Source of the DNA: Eledone cirrhosa
Lineage: Eukaryota
Direction: 5' to 3'
Length of the DNA stretch: 64,000 bases
Assembly (NCBI GenBank): GCA_964016885.1
Contig: OZ024748.1
Location: 32,240,001 to 32,304,000, forward strand
Shown in pieces: positions 52,626 to 64,000 of this stretch. The position numbers and the translations under genes are program-made. The notes beneath the pieces were generated by a model that was given only the letters and a program-made list of their open reading frames with translations, did no database searches and was not told where the DNA came from. Positions within the stretch are counted from its first letter, which is position 1; every line of letters begins with the position of its first letter.

Positions 52626-55600
52626 ATATTTATTAAAATAACAGATTAAAGTTTAAGCAAATAATTGCTGCTTTCACCCTTAATGGGATCTTCTGAAACT
52701 AAAAAAATCAATCTGTGAATGCAGAAGTAAGTATTTCGAAAAACGTTGCAACCGAAGGAAGACAGGAAAACGATACTTTGGTTCGTGGAAACGTTCCCTG
52801 GCAAAGAACGGAAAAAACAAAGATAATACGTCATTATTTGGAGCAGTGAAAACACATACATGCAAAGACAAAACCACGTTTATGGTATAAATGGAGTCAT
52901 AGACTAATATTCTATTAGGTGGTTCGTGGAGACGTTCTCTGGCAATGAACGGAAAAAACGAAGATAATACTTCATTATGTGGAGCGGCGAGAACAATTAC
53001 ACGCAAAGACAAAACCACGTATATGGTATAACTGAAGTCGTAGACTAAAATTCTATTTAGGAAACCGAATGATTCTCGGCTTCAGAGTTAAGAATAAAGT
53101 AAATAAATTACAGAGGTAATTGAAATATATACAAGCACGCATCTATATATGTACATACACAAGTATACACGAAAACACTCGCCGTGGGTATGCTAATTCA
53201 AGCACGTACACAAAAAATATGCACGCCCATACAGAACCCACGCAACGCCAGACCCGCACACATACAAACGTATACACCAAATACACATAAAAATATATAT
53301 AAAGAAAATATATACATATAAGTGTGTGTGTGCGTGTATACATATAATTATATAAACGTATATAAATATACACACATAAATACGTATATAACGCGCACAC
53401 TCATACCTACATGTAAATACACATATGTTCGCAGACGTACATCAACCAAAACACAGAGTACATACACCCTACATACGTACGAACCCGCATACTCACACAG
53501 ACGCAAAACTCATGTAAACATATAACCAGTATAATATATACGCCATAACATATACAAGCAAATATACGTACGAGAAAGTATACGTACCTTCACAAGACAT
53601 ACAGGTAATATATACTTACCTATACAAATAAGTAATGGTATAAACATAACATATACTTAGCTACCACATCAAGACGTAAAATATCCGCGTAATGTTCGTA
53701 CTATCCGTTAGGGTATAACGTGGGGCTGTAATACAGGAAAGTTTTGTGCAATTTATGTTTACAAGCCGAAATTGCCTTAGATTTTTTGTTTAAGATGTGG
53801 TCTTTGGCGTAGAGTATTTCCAGGGCCTCAGCGGCGCAGAGGTCACCCGGTCTTTTATTTCCGTTATACGATCTAACCTTAACTAGGATTTCCCAATTTA
53901 ACTTATATTGGGTGTGGTTTTCTTTTAGACTCCAGATATAAACTGAAAAGTGATGTCATATTCCTTCTTGAAGGGTTAAGAAAAGAATGGGTATGCATGT
54001 AAAGACGCTGCTTGAATCTATTGGCGGTTAACCCTATGTAGGCCCTATGGGACGAGGGTGTTTCAACCTTACATTTGTAGACAATGTTACTAGAGAGGCA
54101 TTTCCCGGATAGGTGGCAGTCAACCCGATTCCTATAATTACAGTTAGTACTAGCTACAGGGTTGCACATGTTCCTACGGCTAGGTAATTTAGCTAAATTT
54201 GAAGCTGTGATGTTATGTGCAAGGTTAGGAGTCGTAGAGTAAGAAATTCTAATGGTATTCCTATTAAAAATGTTACTATATTTATGTGCTGGGGGGAAAT
54301 GCTTCATAATAAGGGAGAGAAAGATCTTTGCTAATGGTGTGGCCACCTCCATATTATATGGTGGGTTATACCATATAATGCATCAGGATCTATTTCTTCT
54401 AGGTCTATTCTCGTACTCTGTATATCCTACTTTATTGACAAATCCACTCCGAGCAAGAGCTTCATTGTAATATGTGGAATGGTCGGTGAAAATATGCTCG
54501 TTTGTAGATAGACGGGAAAGCCTCAAAGAAACGTTTCTTACCAGGTTCTTGGTTATGCTGGCAGGATGGTTAGAATGCTTACTTATGTAATTAAGCATAT
54601 CATTCGGCTTTCTATACGGGTAGTGCAAGCCATTCGACAAATTGCGGGTAACGTCGAGGTAATTAACGACCGAGAGGTTGGCCTCAACCTGTATGGAGAG
54701 GTTGAAGCCTTTAAAGAAGACTGAGTTCTTTTCTGAACCTGTCGCAAGCACGTGCACCGCACTTTGTCATGGTCAAAGACCATCATCACGGTACAAACCA
54801 CCGCCCATGTAAGGGAATTCTTCCTTGATAGAGAAAAGAAGGAAAAGGCCGATAAGATCAGTAATCTCCGCAGAATCGCTGGCGCCCATACTCACGTCGA
54901 ATGGGGTACTACTAGATTTTATATCCAAATAGAGTCGTCGAAATTAATCACCGACTTACAGGCATTGAGAATGACATCAACTTCGAAATCCTTAACCACT
55001 GTGAGTGTTTTAGCGAAATTGATAGCTCTAAGGAGAAGTGGTAAAGTGATGGAGGAGTAGTAATTATTGATGTCGAATTGTATAAAATGGCAATGTTCCT
55101 TGTTGCATATGCCGTTGAACCAATCAATCACCGTGAAAGAATTGTTCCAGGGTGCAAGAGGGGCCAAACTTCTAATTTCAGGTATAATTCTATCTAAAAT
55201 CCTTTTACTAAGTCTACCTAAATCGGACTTCATAGGGTTAATAAGCCGAATAGAGGGCTTGTTCAGGAAATTGGATTTGTGATCCTTCAGGGTAAAGTGG
55301 GGAGAAATAGGGTCCAAAGGTTCAGTCCGGTTCAAGATGTTGGGGTCAGAGGTGATTTTAAACCCAGCATCATTGATTTCATTAATGACGCTCCGATTAG
55401 TTTTACGGTAATCCTTAGTTACACCATTATAGCAGTTGATGGTAAGTACTGCGTTCCACTTGATATAGTTTGCCAGTTTTGTCGGAATGGACGTACACGG
55501 CAATAGAACAAATCCTATTCTTCAGGTCCTGCTGGAAGGAATTGCTCCTATTCCAAAATTTGATACTCTGTATGAGTTCCAAGACATCATTTTCGAAGGG

Positions 55601-57008
55601 TAGCAATGTTGGGTTACTCGGAGAGTTATTATAGGTTTTAAACCCAAATTTATCCTTTTTGTTGTCTGCTTTTCCCTGATTATCGGAATTAAAAGCACGC
55701 CAACGCAACCTTTTAATGAACGCATCTGTTTTCTGTATCAGGAGTTTTAGGTATGTTTTACTGCTTGGTACGGGTATGTTCTTTGTAGAAATATTCAGAT
55801 GTTGTTTCTGCATGATGAATATAAGTCAATAGAGTGCTCAACCGAGGAAACCAAATAGTAATAATAATAAATTTGAAGATTAAAATCCAAAGAGGGCTCG
55901 ATAAGGATAAATATATATCAAATATATAAGAACAGGAGAGCAAATATTTATTAAAATAACAGATTAAAGTTTAAGCAAAGAAATCACTGCTTTCACCCTT
56001 AACGGGATCTTCTGAAACTAACAAAGTCAATCTGTGAACGCAGAAGTAAATATTTCAAAAAACGTTGCAACCGAAGGAAAACAGGAAGATGATACTTTGG
56101 TTCGTGGAGACGTTCTCTAGCAATAAACGGAAAAAACGAAGATAATATTTCATTATGTGGAGCGGCGAGAACAATTACACGCAAAGACAAAACCACGTAT
56201 ATGGTATAACTGAAGTCGTAGACTAAAATTCTATTTAGGAAACCGAATGATTCTCAGCTTCAGATTTAAGAATAAAGTAAATAAATTACAGAGGTAATTG
56301 AATTATATACAAGCACGCATCTATATACGTACATATGCAAGCATACGCGAAAACACCCGCCGTGGGTATGCTAATTCAAGCACGTACACAAAAAAACATG
56401 CACGTACATTCAGAACCCACACACATACGAACGTATACACCAAATACACATAAAAATATATATAAAGAAAATATATACATATAAGTGTGTGTGCGTGTGT
56501 GTATACATATAATTATATAAATGTATATAAATATACACACATAAATACGTATATATCGCACGCACACACATACCTACATGTAAATACACATGTTCGCAGA
56601 CGTATGTCAACCAAAACACAAAGTACACATATACACACACCCTATATACGTACGAACACGCATACTCAGACAGACGCAAAACTCACATATACATATAACC
56701 ATATACACATGTACCAGTATATATAATATAATATATACGCCATAACATATACAAGCAAATATACGTACAAGAAAGTATACGTACCTTCACAAAACATACA
56801 GTTAATATATACTTACCTATACAAATAGGTAATGGTATAAACATACCATATACTTAGCTACCACATCAAGACGTAAAATAACCTCGTAATGTTTGTACTA
56901 TCCTTAGGGTATAATGTGGCGCTGTAATACAGGAAAGTTTTCTGCAATTTATGTTTACAAGCCAAAATCTTTTGTTTAAGATGTGGTCTTTGGCGTAGAG
57001 TATTTCCA
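52626..57008 (-). mobile_element. Penelope-like element in partial-tandem (pseudo-LTR) arrangement, frameshifted
   Basis: ORF pieces from 55813 to about 53700 with SDKTG, RLINP, FDINNYYSSI, GLYRDDGL, HPASI, WYNPP and VYKC..YIGLT..F..R...H. Direct repeats 52626-53822 and 55944-57008 carry the ORF 3' end and 3' UTR. Confidence 0.9.
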
Positions 57009-57009
57009 A

Positions 57010-57178
57010 CGTGGTCCACACTGTAAACGTGGTTGGTGTTAGGAAGGGCATCCAGCCATAGAAAACCCGCCAGACAGTCCTATACGAGCAAGACAACGAA
57101 TCTTGCCTCGCGTGGGACAATTCCTGTCTAAACCCATGCTAGCATGGAAGATAGATGTTAAACGACGATGATGATGAC
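57010..57178 (+). mobile_element. RTE 3' tail fragment
   Basis: Matches 35000-35169 and ends in (GAT)n. Confidence 0.8.
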
Positions 57179-57209
57179 ATACATATATATATATATACCA
57201 TACATATAA

Positions 57210-57256
<47 letters not shown>

Positions 57257-57258
<2 letters not shown>

Positions 57259-59350
57259 AGTTAACTTTAAGGCCTTTTGATTCTAGGCCATGCTTCCATG
57301 TTTGGAATTTCTTCTCTAGTTCAGCCATAGACTCAGCTATGAGCGTTAGATCATCTGCGTATAGGAGTTCCCATGGGCAGCCAATCTTGAACTCCTGTTA
57401 TAGCCTGAAGGGCTATAATAAATAGGACGGGGCTAAGGACAGAGCCTTGATGAACACCAACTTTTCCATTACTTTCTTCACTATATTCATTGTTAATTCT
57501 AACCTTGCTGACTGTTTCTTTATACATGGCTTGTATAGCTCTCACAAGCCATTCATCAACACCTAGTTTTCTAAGAGCCCACCAGATAATGGTGTGGGGG
57601 ACTCTTTCAAAGGCTTTCTTCAAGTCTACAAAAGCTAAGTAAGGGGTTTATTTTTAGCTAGGTACTTCTCCTGTAGTTGTTGTACAAGGAAAAGAGCGTC
57701 TGTGGTAATTTTTTAACAAAGGGTATGATAAGTGATTTATGTAGAATAGTTATATGTGGCTATTAGTTGGTATCATCATCATCATCATCACCGTTTTGGT
57801 AATAACAAAGCTGTTAGAGGAAATAACATGAATAATAAGAATAAATGTAATAATGAGAATAAAAAGAATGATTTGGTTTATATATATGAGTTTACTTCCT
57901 GTGAATCAATTAAAAAGTACATATAAAACAGTTACCAAGAGTTGTTAATTCTGTTATTGTTGTTGATGTGAAAACAGCGAGCGACAGATAATGTTGTTGT
58001 TATTTGGAGTCCGTGGTAATAGTTGAGACCATAGTGAGTGAGAGAGAGTAATGGTTTGTATATCCCTGAATGGTCTGTAATTGTTTGTAGACCACTGTGG
58101 CTTGTACATGGTCTGTAGTAGTAGGGCTCCAATCTCTCTGTGTATCTATAGACCTCATGGTATCTGTTGATAGTGGTGAATCTTTCACATAGCTAGTTCT
58201 GTAGTGGGGTGCTCCGATGTCTATATTTCTGTAGACAACTAGGGTCTGTTGTTAGCAGTGAAATTCTTACATAGTTAGTTGCTAGCGTAATGCTCCGATG
58301 TTTCTGGCTAAAGTAGGATGGTACAGGCTCTATATATAGCTGTCACTTCCTGTCACCTACCTTGAGGGGATAGCCAACACATCAACCTGTCTACAACAAA
58401 AGGGTGTTGACCTAGAATTTGACCTTTAGGTGTCACCCAAGGTTCAAGGTGCAGATAGATTATGCTACACTTTTACCTGACACAAACTCAAACTGCATTT
58501 CATCTAGATCAATTCGCTTTCTGTGACCTTCATGACCTGGTAAACTAACTTAATGTCTCTATAGTTTCCCCTATCTAGAGCATCCCCTTTACCCTTGTAG
58601 CAGTTAATGATGATGCTGCTACGCCAGTCCTTTGGTATGAGACCATTCTGTATTACATGGTTTACTATCTGAGTGACCATAGTATGTCCCACCATTCCAG
58701 ATGCTTTCAACATCTCAGCAGCTATCTCCGAAGGCCCAGCTTGCCTGTCTTCATATCTTTGATTGACTTACTTATTATACTACCTTTAACTTGCACTAAT
58801 GATCCCTCTATTGGATCGATGTGGGGCTGACTATCTTTTTCCCATTTATTCTACTCATTTAGTAGCCTCTCGTAGTGACACTTCCAAGCTATCTTCTTAT
58901 CAGTAAAAGTGAGGGCAAGTACACCATTAGCATTACAGATTCACTTCTCCTCGACAATATCACGATTTTCCTTGACACATTGTCTAGCAATCCTGAACAC
59001 CTCACGTTTTTGGTCCTCTTGTTGTAGGACATGCTTGATCTTTCTATCCTCTGCTTCCCTTTTTGCAAGGTACACTTGTCTCTTAGCTTCTCTCCTGGCC
59101 ACTTGATAGTGTTCTCTACTTCCCCATCCTGCTTTTTGGCCTTGATTGTCTCTTCCACCTTACAGTTCCACCACGAAGTTACTCTCCTCCTGCCTATAGG
59201 TCTGCTCCAGCCACAGATTTCATCCGTCGCTTTCAGCAGGTTCACTTTCAAGAATTCCCACTGTTCCTCTATATTGTACGTCTCTAATTGCTCTACCTTA
59301 CTGGCTGTGGGGTCCTTCAACTTCCATATTCTTCTCCTCAAGGTAGTCTT
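57257..59350 (-). mobile_element. RTE LINE internal fragment interrupted by an ~760-bp insertion
   Basis: Reverse complement of about 32490-33930 (LLKATDE.CGW, CYKGKGDALDRGNYR, GVHQGSVLSP), broken between about 57700 and 58469. Confidence 0.88.
57701..58468 (-). mobile_element. Possible solo LTR inserted in the RTE
   Basis: Non-RTE block whose minus strand starts tgtagc and ends attaccaca (TG..CA), with a TATA-like tatatatag. No clean target-site duplication. Confidence 0.35.
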
Positions 59351-61405
59351 TTGTTTTATGTTCATTGTTCATCACACACACACATAATTGATATTCTCTT
59401 TGGAATTACTGATGAAACTTGTTAGTGACACAATACAAGAGAAGTTCATACCCAAGATTAAGTTGCTTTATTTAGCTTTTGTAGATCTAGAAAAGGCCTT
59501 TGACAGAGTACCTCACTCTGTTATCTGGTAGTCCTTCAGAAAATTAGGTGGAGAATGGCCTGTGAGAGCAGTGCAAGCCATGTACAGAGGAGCTGTCAGT
59601 AAAGTGAGAGTACGAAGGGAGTGTATTGAATTACTCATTAAACTCATGGTTCAGTTCACAACCCACTGCTGTTCATCATAGTTCTCCAGGCCATAAACAA
59701 TGGGTTTAAGACTGGCTGTTCACGGGAAACAGTCTCTGTGAATGATGTGGTCCTTATAGCTGACTCCATAAAAGAACTAGAGAATAAGTGACCCTACTGC
59801 ATATGTAGAAAAGGAGTAGGCATAAACTGTACTGTGTACACAATGATAGTTTCCGCTATCTAGGTGGAGAGAAATGGAGTGACCAAGCTTCGTTGGATGT
59901 CCAACGTAAATGTGAGAGGAAGGCAGAGCTTGCATAAAATGAGGAAGAAATTGGACTTCAGAGGAAACGGAAGTGGTGTGCTAGAGAGAAGACTGCTTTG
60001 GTACGGATATGTGATATGCATGGATCATGATGATCACTGGTTAAAGAAGCGACAGGGAATATCAGAGGAGGGAAGCCATAGTAGAGGTAGACCAAGGAAG
60101 ACCAGGGTAGATGTGATGAGAGCTGAAACTCACAGAGGATTTGACGAAGGAACAAGCGAGTGGGGAGATGTTGTGCTTAAAAGGACCCATCCAACCCATG
60201 CCAGGATTGAAAGACGGACGTAAAATTATGATGATGTAGATGAAGTAAATTAAATCTAAACAGATTTCGACTAAAACTTCCCTGAAACAACAAGGTACAG
60301 CTAAATATAAAATATATTTTATAATGTAAGGTAGTGAACCACATAATTAAATAGACGGAGGTAATTTAAATAATAAAGATATCTTTAATTTACTTAAAGC
60401 AATAACAAGGTACGGCTAAATATGAACTATATTTTATAATAATTAAATAGACGGAGGTATTTTAAATAATAAAGACAGTCATGATAACGATATATTTTAT
60501 ATCACATGTAAACAGTGGAATCTGGTGATTGAAAAATATCACATTAACATTTCAGTTTGGATGTTTTTTTTTCTATATATAAAAGTGGAGGAAGAAATAT
60601 ATTTTTCCAATGTTGTTATATATTTTTTCACTTGTATATAATTATTGGATCGTTGTAGGGTTCACATAATTATATTATTTACACACATTAATATAGACAT
60701 TAAGTAAATCTTTGTCAACTTACCTCCTTCTGATATAATCAATGTGTTGTGTTGTTAGTTTTTACTAAACAACCAAAGAAATAATATCTTTGTTATCAAA
60801 TTAGAAGTTTCAAAGATGTTATCTGCTTTATTTCATGACATTAACGTTGGTGTAACTTCTTCATCTTAAATTGATATCTTGTCAGAATGAAGTAGTGAGG
60901 CTGACTTTATGTCTTTAGCTACAGATTTGATAGGAAATATATATATATATATATTAGGTTGATATGTGGTCTAAAATATATATATTGTCTATAAATGGCT
61001 GATAGCAGATGTTCTGGTGAAATAATAGTTTTACTACTACAGTTTGTAATGGAACTCTTAGTAGACACAATTGTAAAGTAAGAATAGATATGACAGTGTA
61101 AGACTGATGCCGGGAAATTAAAATTGTGTATATATATATAATTGTTACACAAGATATAATTAGATTAATTAAAGTTATAATGAAGACAGCAGGTACTCGG
61201 TGTCGTTGACAATGTTTCAACTCTTATGCCGGTGTCATACGTTAAAAGTCCCTGATATAATTTAATACCTTCAGACACAGTTCCAATCGTATTTAATTTA
61301 TTGTAAATCAAAAATTATCACTCAATAAAATATCAATTATATATCAATAAGAAAACCTCTACGTAGTCTTTCTAACTACTAGAAATAGCAGCGATATTAT
61401 CCATT
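59350..61405 (+). repeat. ~2.1-kb segmental duplication, copy 2
   Basis: Colinear with 38393-40565, with an extra ~120 bp near 60525-60640. Confidence 0.85.
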
Positions 61406-61421
61406 ACAAGTGCTCTCTCTC

Positions 61422-61469
<48 letters not shown>

Positions 61470-61479
61470 TATATGTATG

Positions 61480-61968
61480 TATATATGGGTATGTATGAGT
61501 GTGTATATGTGTAATTAGGGTTTTGGTATATGTACGTTTGGTGAACATATGTGTATTTACCTGTAGGTATGTGTGAGTGTCCGTTCTCCACGCATTTATG
61601 CGTGTATATTTATATATGTATATATAATTATATGTATATACACACACACAAACATATATTTATATGCGTATTTGGTGTATACGTTCGTACGTGTGCGGGT
61701 ATATGTGTCGCACCGGTTTACGTCCGTGTGCGCCTGTTTATGTGTAAATACATGTATATGCATGCATGGTGTGTGTTTTCGCATATGCACGTGTGTACAT
61801 GTGTGTATGTATATAGTTAATTATTATTACTTTTATGATTTTAATAACCTCTGTCATTTTCGTTCAACTAATTTATTTACATTATTCTGAACTCCAAAGC
61901 CGAGAATCATTCAGTTTCCTAAATAGTATATTAGTCTACGACTCCATTTATACCATAAACGTGGTTTT
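61480..61968 (+). mobile_element. PLE 3' UTR/pLTR copy, inverted relative to 52626-53822
   Basis: gccgagaatcattcagtttcctaaatag..tagtctacgactccatttataccataaacgtggtttt is the reverse complement of sequence at about 52870-53100, preceded by the same (TG/TA)-rich tract. Confidence 0.7.
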
Positions 61969-61969
61969 A

Positions 61970-63152
61970 GTGCTAAAATAGTTAACTTTCTAGACGTGAC
62001 GCTTAACCTAAATACGGGACTTATAAGCCCTTTTCACAAGATTAATGAAAACTTAGCATACATCAACTGTAACTCAAACCACCCACTATCCATAATTAAA
62101 TCCATTCCACGCAGCCTATCCCTTAGGATCTCCCGCCTCTCGTCTAACCGACAAATCTTCGAAGAACATGCAGAATACTACAATACTGCATTAGACAAGG
62201 CAGACCACTTAGATAGAGTAGAATATCAGATGAAAGCCTCCGTAAAACGCACACGAACACGCATAACACAAACTCCGGTAACACACGCACTTACGCATAG
62301 AACTACAAAGTATACGGCAAATAGAAATACAACATCGAAATCAAACAAGTCACGCAGTAGAAAATGTATTTGGTATAACCCCATATTTAACACCTCTATT
62401 AGTACTAACCTACCCTCTACCCTCTTTAGAATAATAAATAAGCACTTTCCAGATTCACATAGATACAGCAAAATCCTTAGCACTAAATATATTAGACTAT
62501 CTTACTCCACGGCACCAAATATAGAGGCACACATTAAGATGCTTAACGCTAAAAAGATACATAACAACACCAAAACACAAATTTACAACAATAACAATAC
62601 AATCACCACCGAACACAACAGAATATCTAATACACAACCACCCGCTAATAGGCAAACAAAACGTAACACACTTGTACAGGCATCGCAGCACACAAATAAT
62701 GCCAAAGTTGCTCACGACAAGAACTGTAACTGCCACCTACCTGAAACCTGTCCATTACATAATGAATGTATGCAGTCTAACCTGGTTTACCAATGCACAG
62801 TGGAATCAGACAACCAGAAATGGTATTACATCGGAGCGACTGGGAATACATTTAAAGCCCGTTGGTATACACACCGTTACGCAATGAAACATTCCCAGCA
62901 CCGTTATGTAACTACGCTTGCAAACAAGACCTGGCAACTGAAGGAAAGAAACCATCAATACACCCTGAAGTGGAAAAAATTATGGAACGCGCCCCATATC
63001 GGAGTGGTATGAGAAGCTGTCGATTATGCGACCTTGAGCTGTTCCACATTTTAAGTTCGAAGAATAAGTTACTCAACAATAAAATCGAAAGATCAATTTA
63101 TTATAAACATAGACTCAAAGAGAAGTTTTCGCACTACAAATCGAACCCTTAA
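61970..63152 (+). mobile_element. 5'-truncated Penelope-like element (RT thumb + GIY-YIG), frameshifted near the end
   Basis: VNFLDVTLNL, SNHPLSI, WYNP, LSYSTAPN, CNC..CPL..EC, VYQC..YIGAT..FKAR...H and CRLC.LE. Confidence 0.88.
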
Positions 63153-64000
63153 CCTCTTACTACCAACTGACAAACTGCATATACTTAGACTTTATACCCT
63201 CTTGTTGTATCTAAACCCTTTTAATTACCCACAAAACCAATACCTATATCCCCCTCTTCTCCCTCATTCCTCTTCTATTTCTTCGTTTTCTTCCTTCCTT
63301 CCCTCCCCTTCTTGGCTATCTTTTCTTTTCTTCTTTCTCACCCCCTTCTTTGCTTTTATTTTTGTCATTATCATCTTTATCTTTATTTTATATATATATA
63401 TATATACATAAACTGGAAACAATCTCCTAATTTGTAGAAAACTTATAATGAAACAATTGTTTGGAAAGAGAGATATATTATAACTTTAATTATATCTCAT
63501 AAAATAATACAACTGGCTTTCCACAAAATACATATAGTTAGCACTCCAAACACTTAAATTGGGTTTATACTAACATATAACCTAATGTTTGTTGAGTGAG
63601 ATGGTTACCAGTCAGAGTTTAGCTTTAAGCTATCTCTGTTATTGTATTAAATATTTTACTCTTGATTGGCCAGAGGTATTTATTTCCAGGTACCTTATAA
63701 ATATGACTTTCCGTATTTATTACTGTTGTGCGATATGATGGTTTTTTGGTTGTTACTTCTCTGTTTTTAGCCTAAGAATATATATATATGCCTGTGTAAA
63801 TAATTACATGCATATTTTTATTTTTTTAAATTAATTGAGTTCTTAACACGTGGAATTGATATTAGTTTTGAAATAACTAATTAGCCCGCGTATATTTAAT
63901 ATTTTACTCTTAATTCGGCCAGAGATTTACATTCCCGATTGCCCTTTAAAGCGTAACTTTCCGTATTTCTACGGTTATGAGTTGCGGTTTGTTATTCAGG

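Noticed and set aside
53025-53092. Hammerhead-like ctgaagt...gaaa ccga..tcgg in the PLE repeat
   Set aside because: It is antisense to the element, A9 and U16.1 are not conserved, and there is no convincing stem I.
53143-53525. Short ORFs in (CA/TA/TG)-rich tracts, also at 42102-42481, 56376-56726 and 61372-61890
   Set aside because: They are low-complexity microsatellite translations within repeat UTRs.

Overview
Eukaryotic, AT-rich, repeat-dense animal DNA. It is probably a cephalopod such as Octopus, inferred from the [11 protein letters not shown]-type C2H2 gene, RTE LINEs with (GAT)n tails and Meta/CORE/V-domain SINEs. Bases 1-27134 are a homogeneous tandem array of about 85 copies of a ~318-bp unit. 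Each unit carries a complete type I hammerhead ribozyme on the + strand with the uncommon U3:A8 core (UUGAUAA...GAAA...GUC), so this looks like a satellite-sized array of non-LTR retrozyme-like self-cleaving units rather than inert satellite. It abuts a hammerhead-bearing palindrome and a decayed Penelope-like element (PLE). The rest of the window is nested transposon debris: three PLE bodies, several PLE-type hammerhead terminal fragments, about six RTE copies, SINEs, a MITE, a Tc1 fragment, a minisatellite and a ~2.1-kb duplication. There is one credible host gene, a C2H2 zinc-finger ORF at 48181-49284 on the minus strand. All structures were read by eye; no folding or database search was run.
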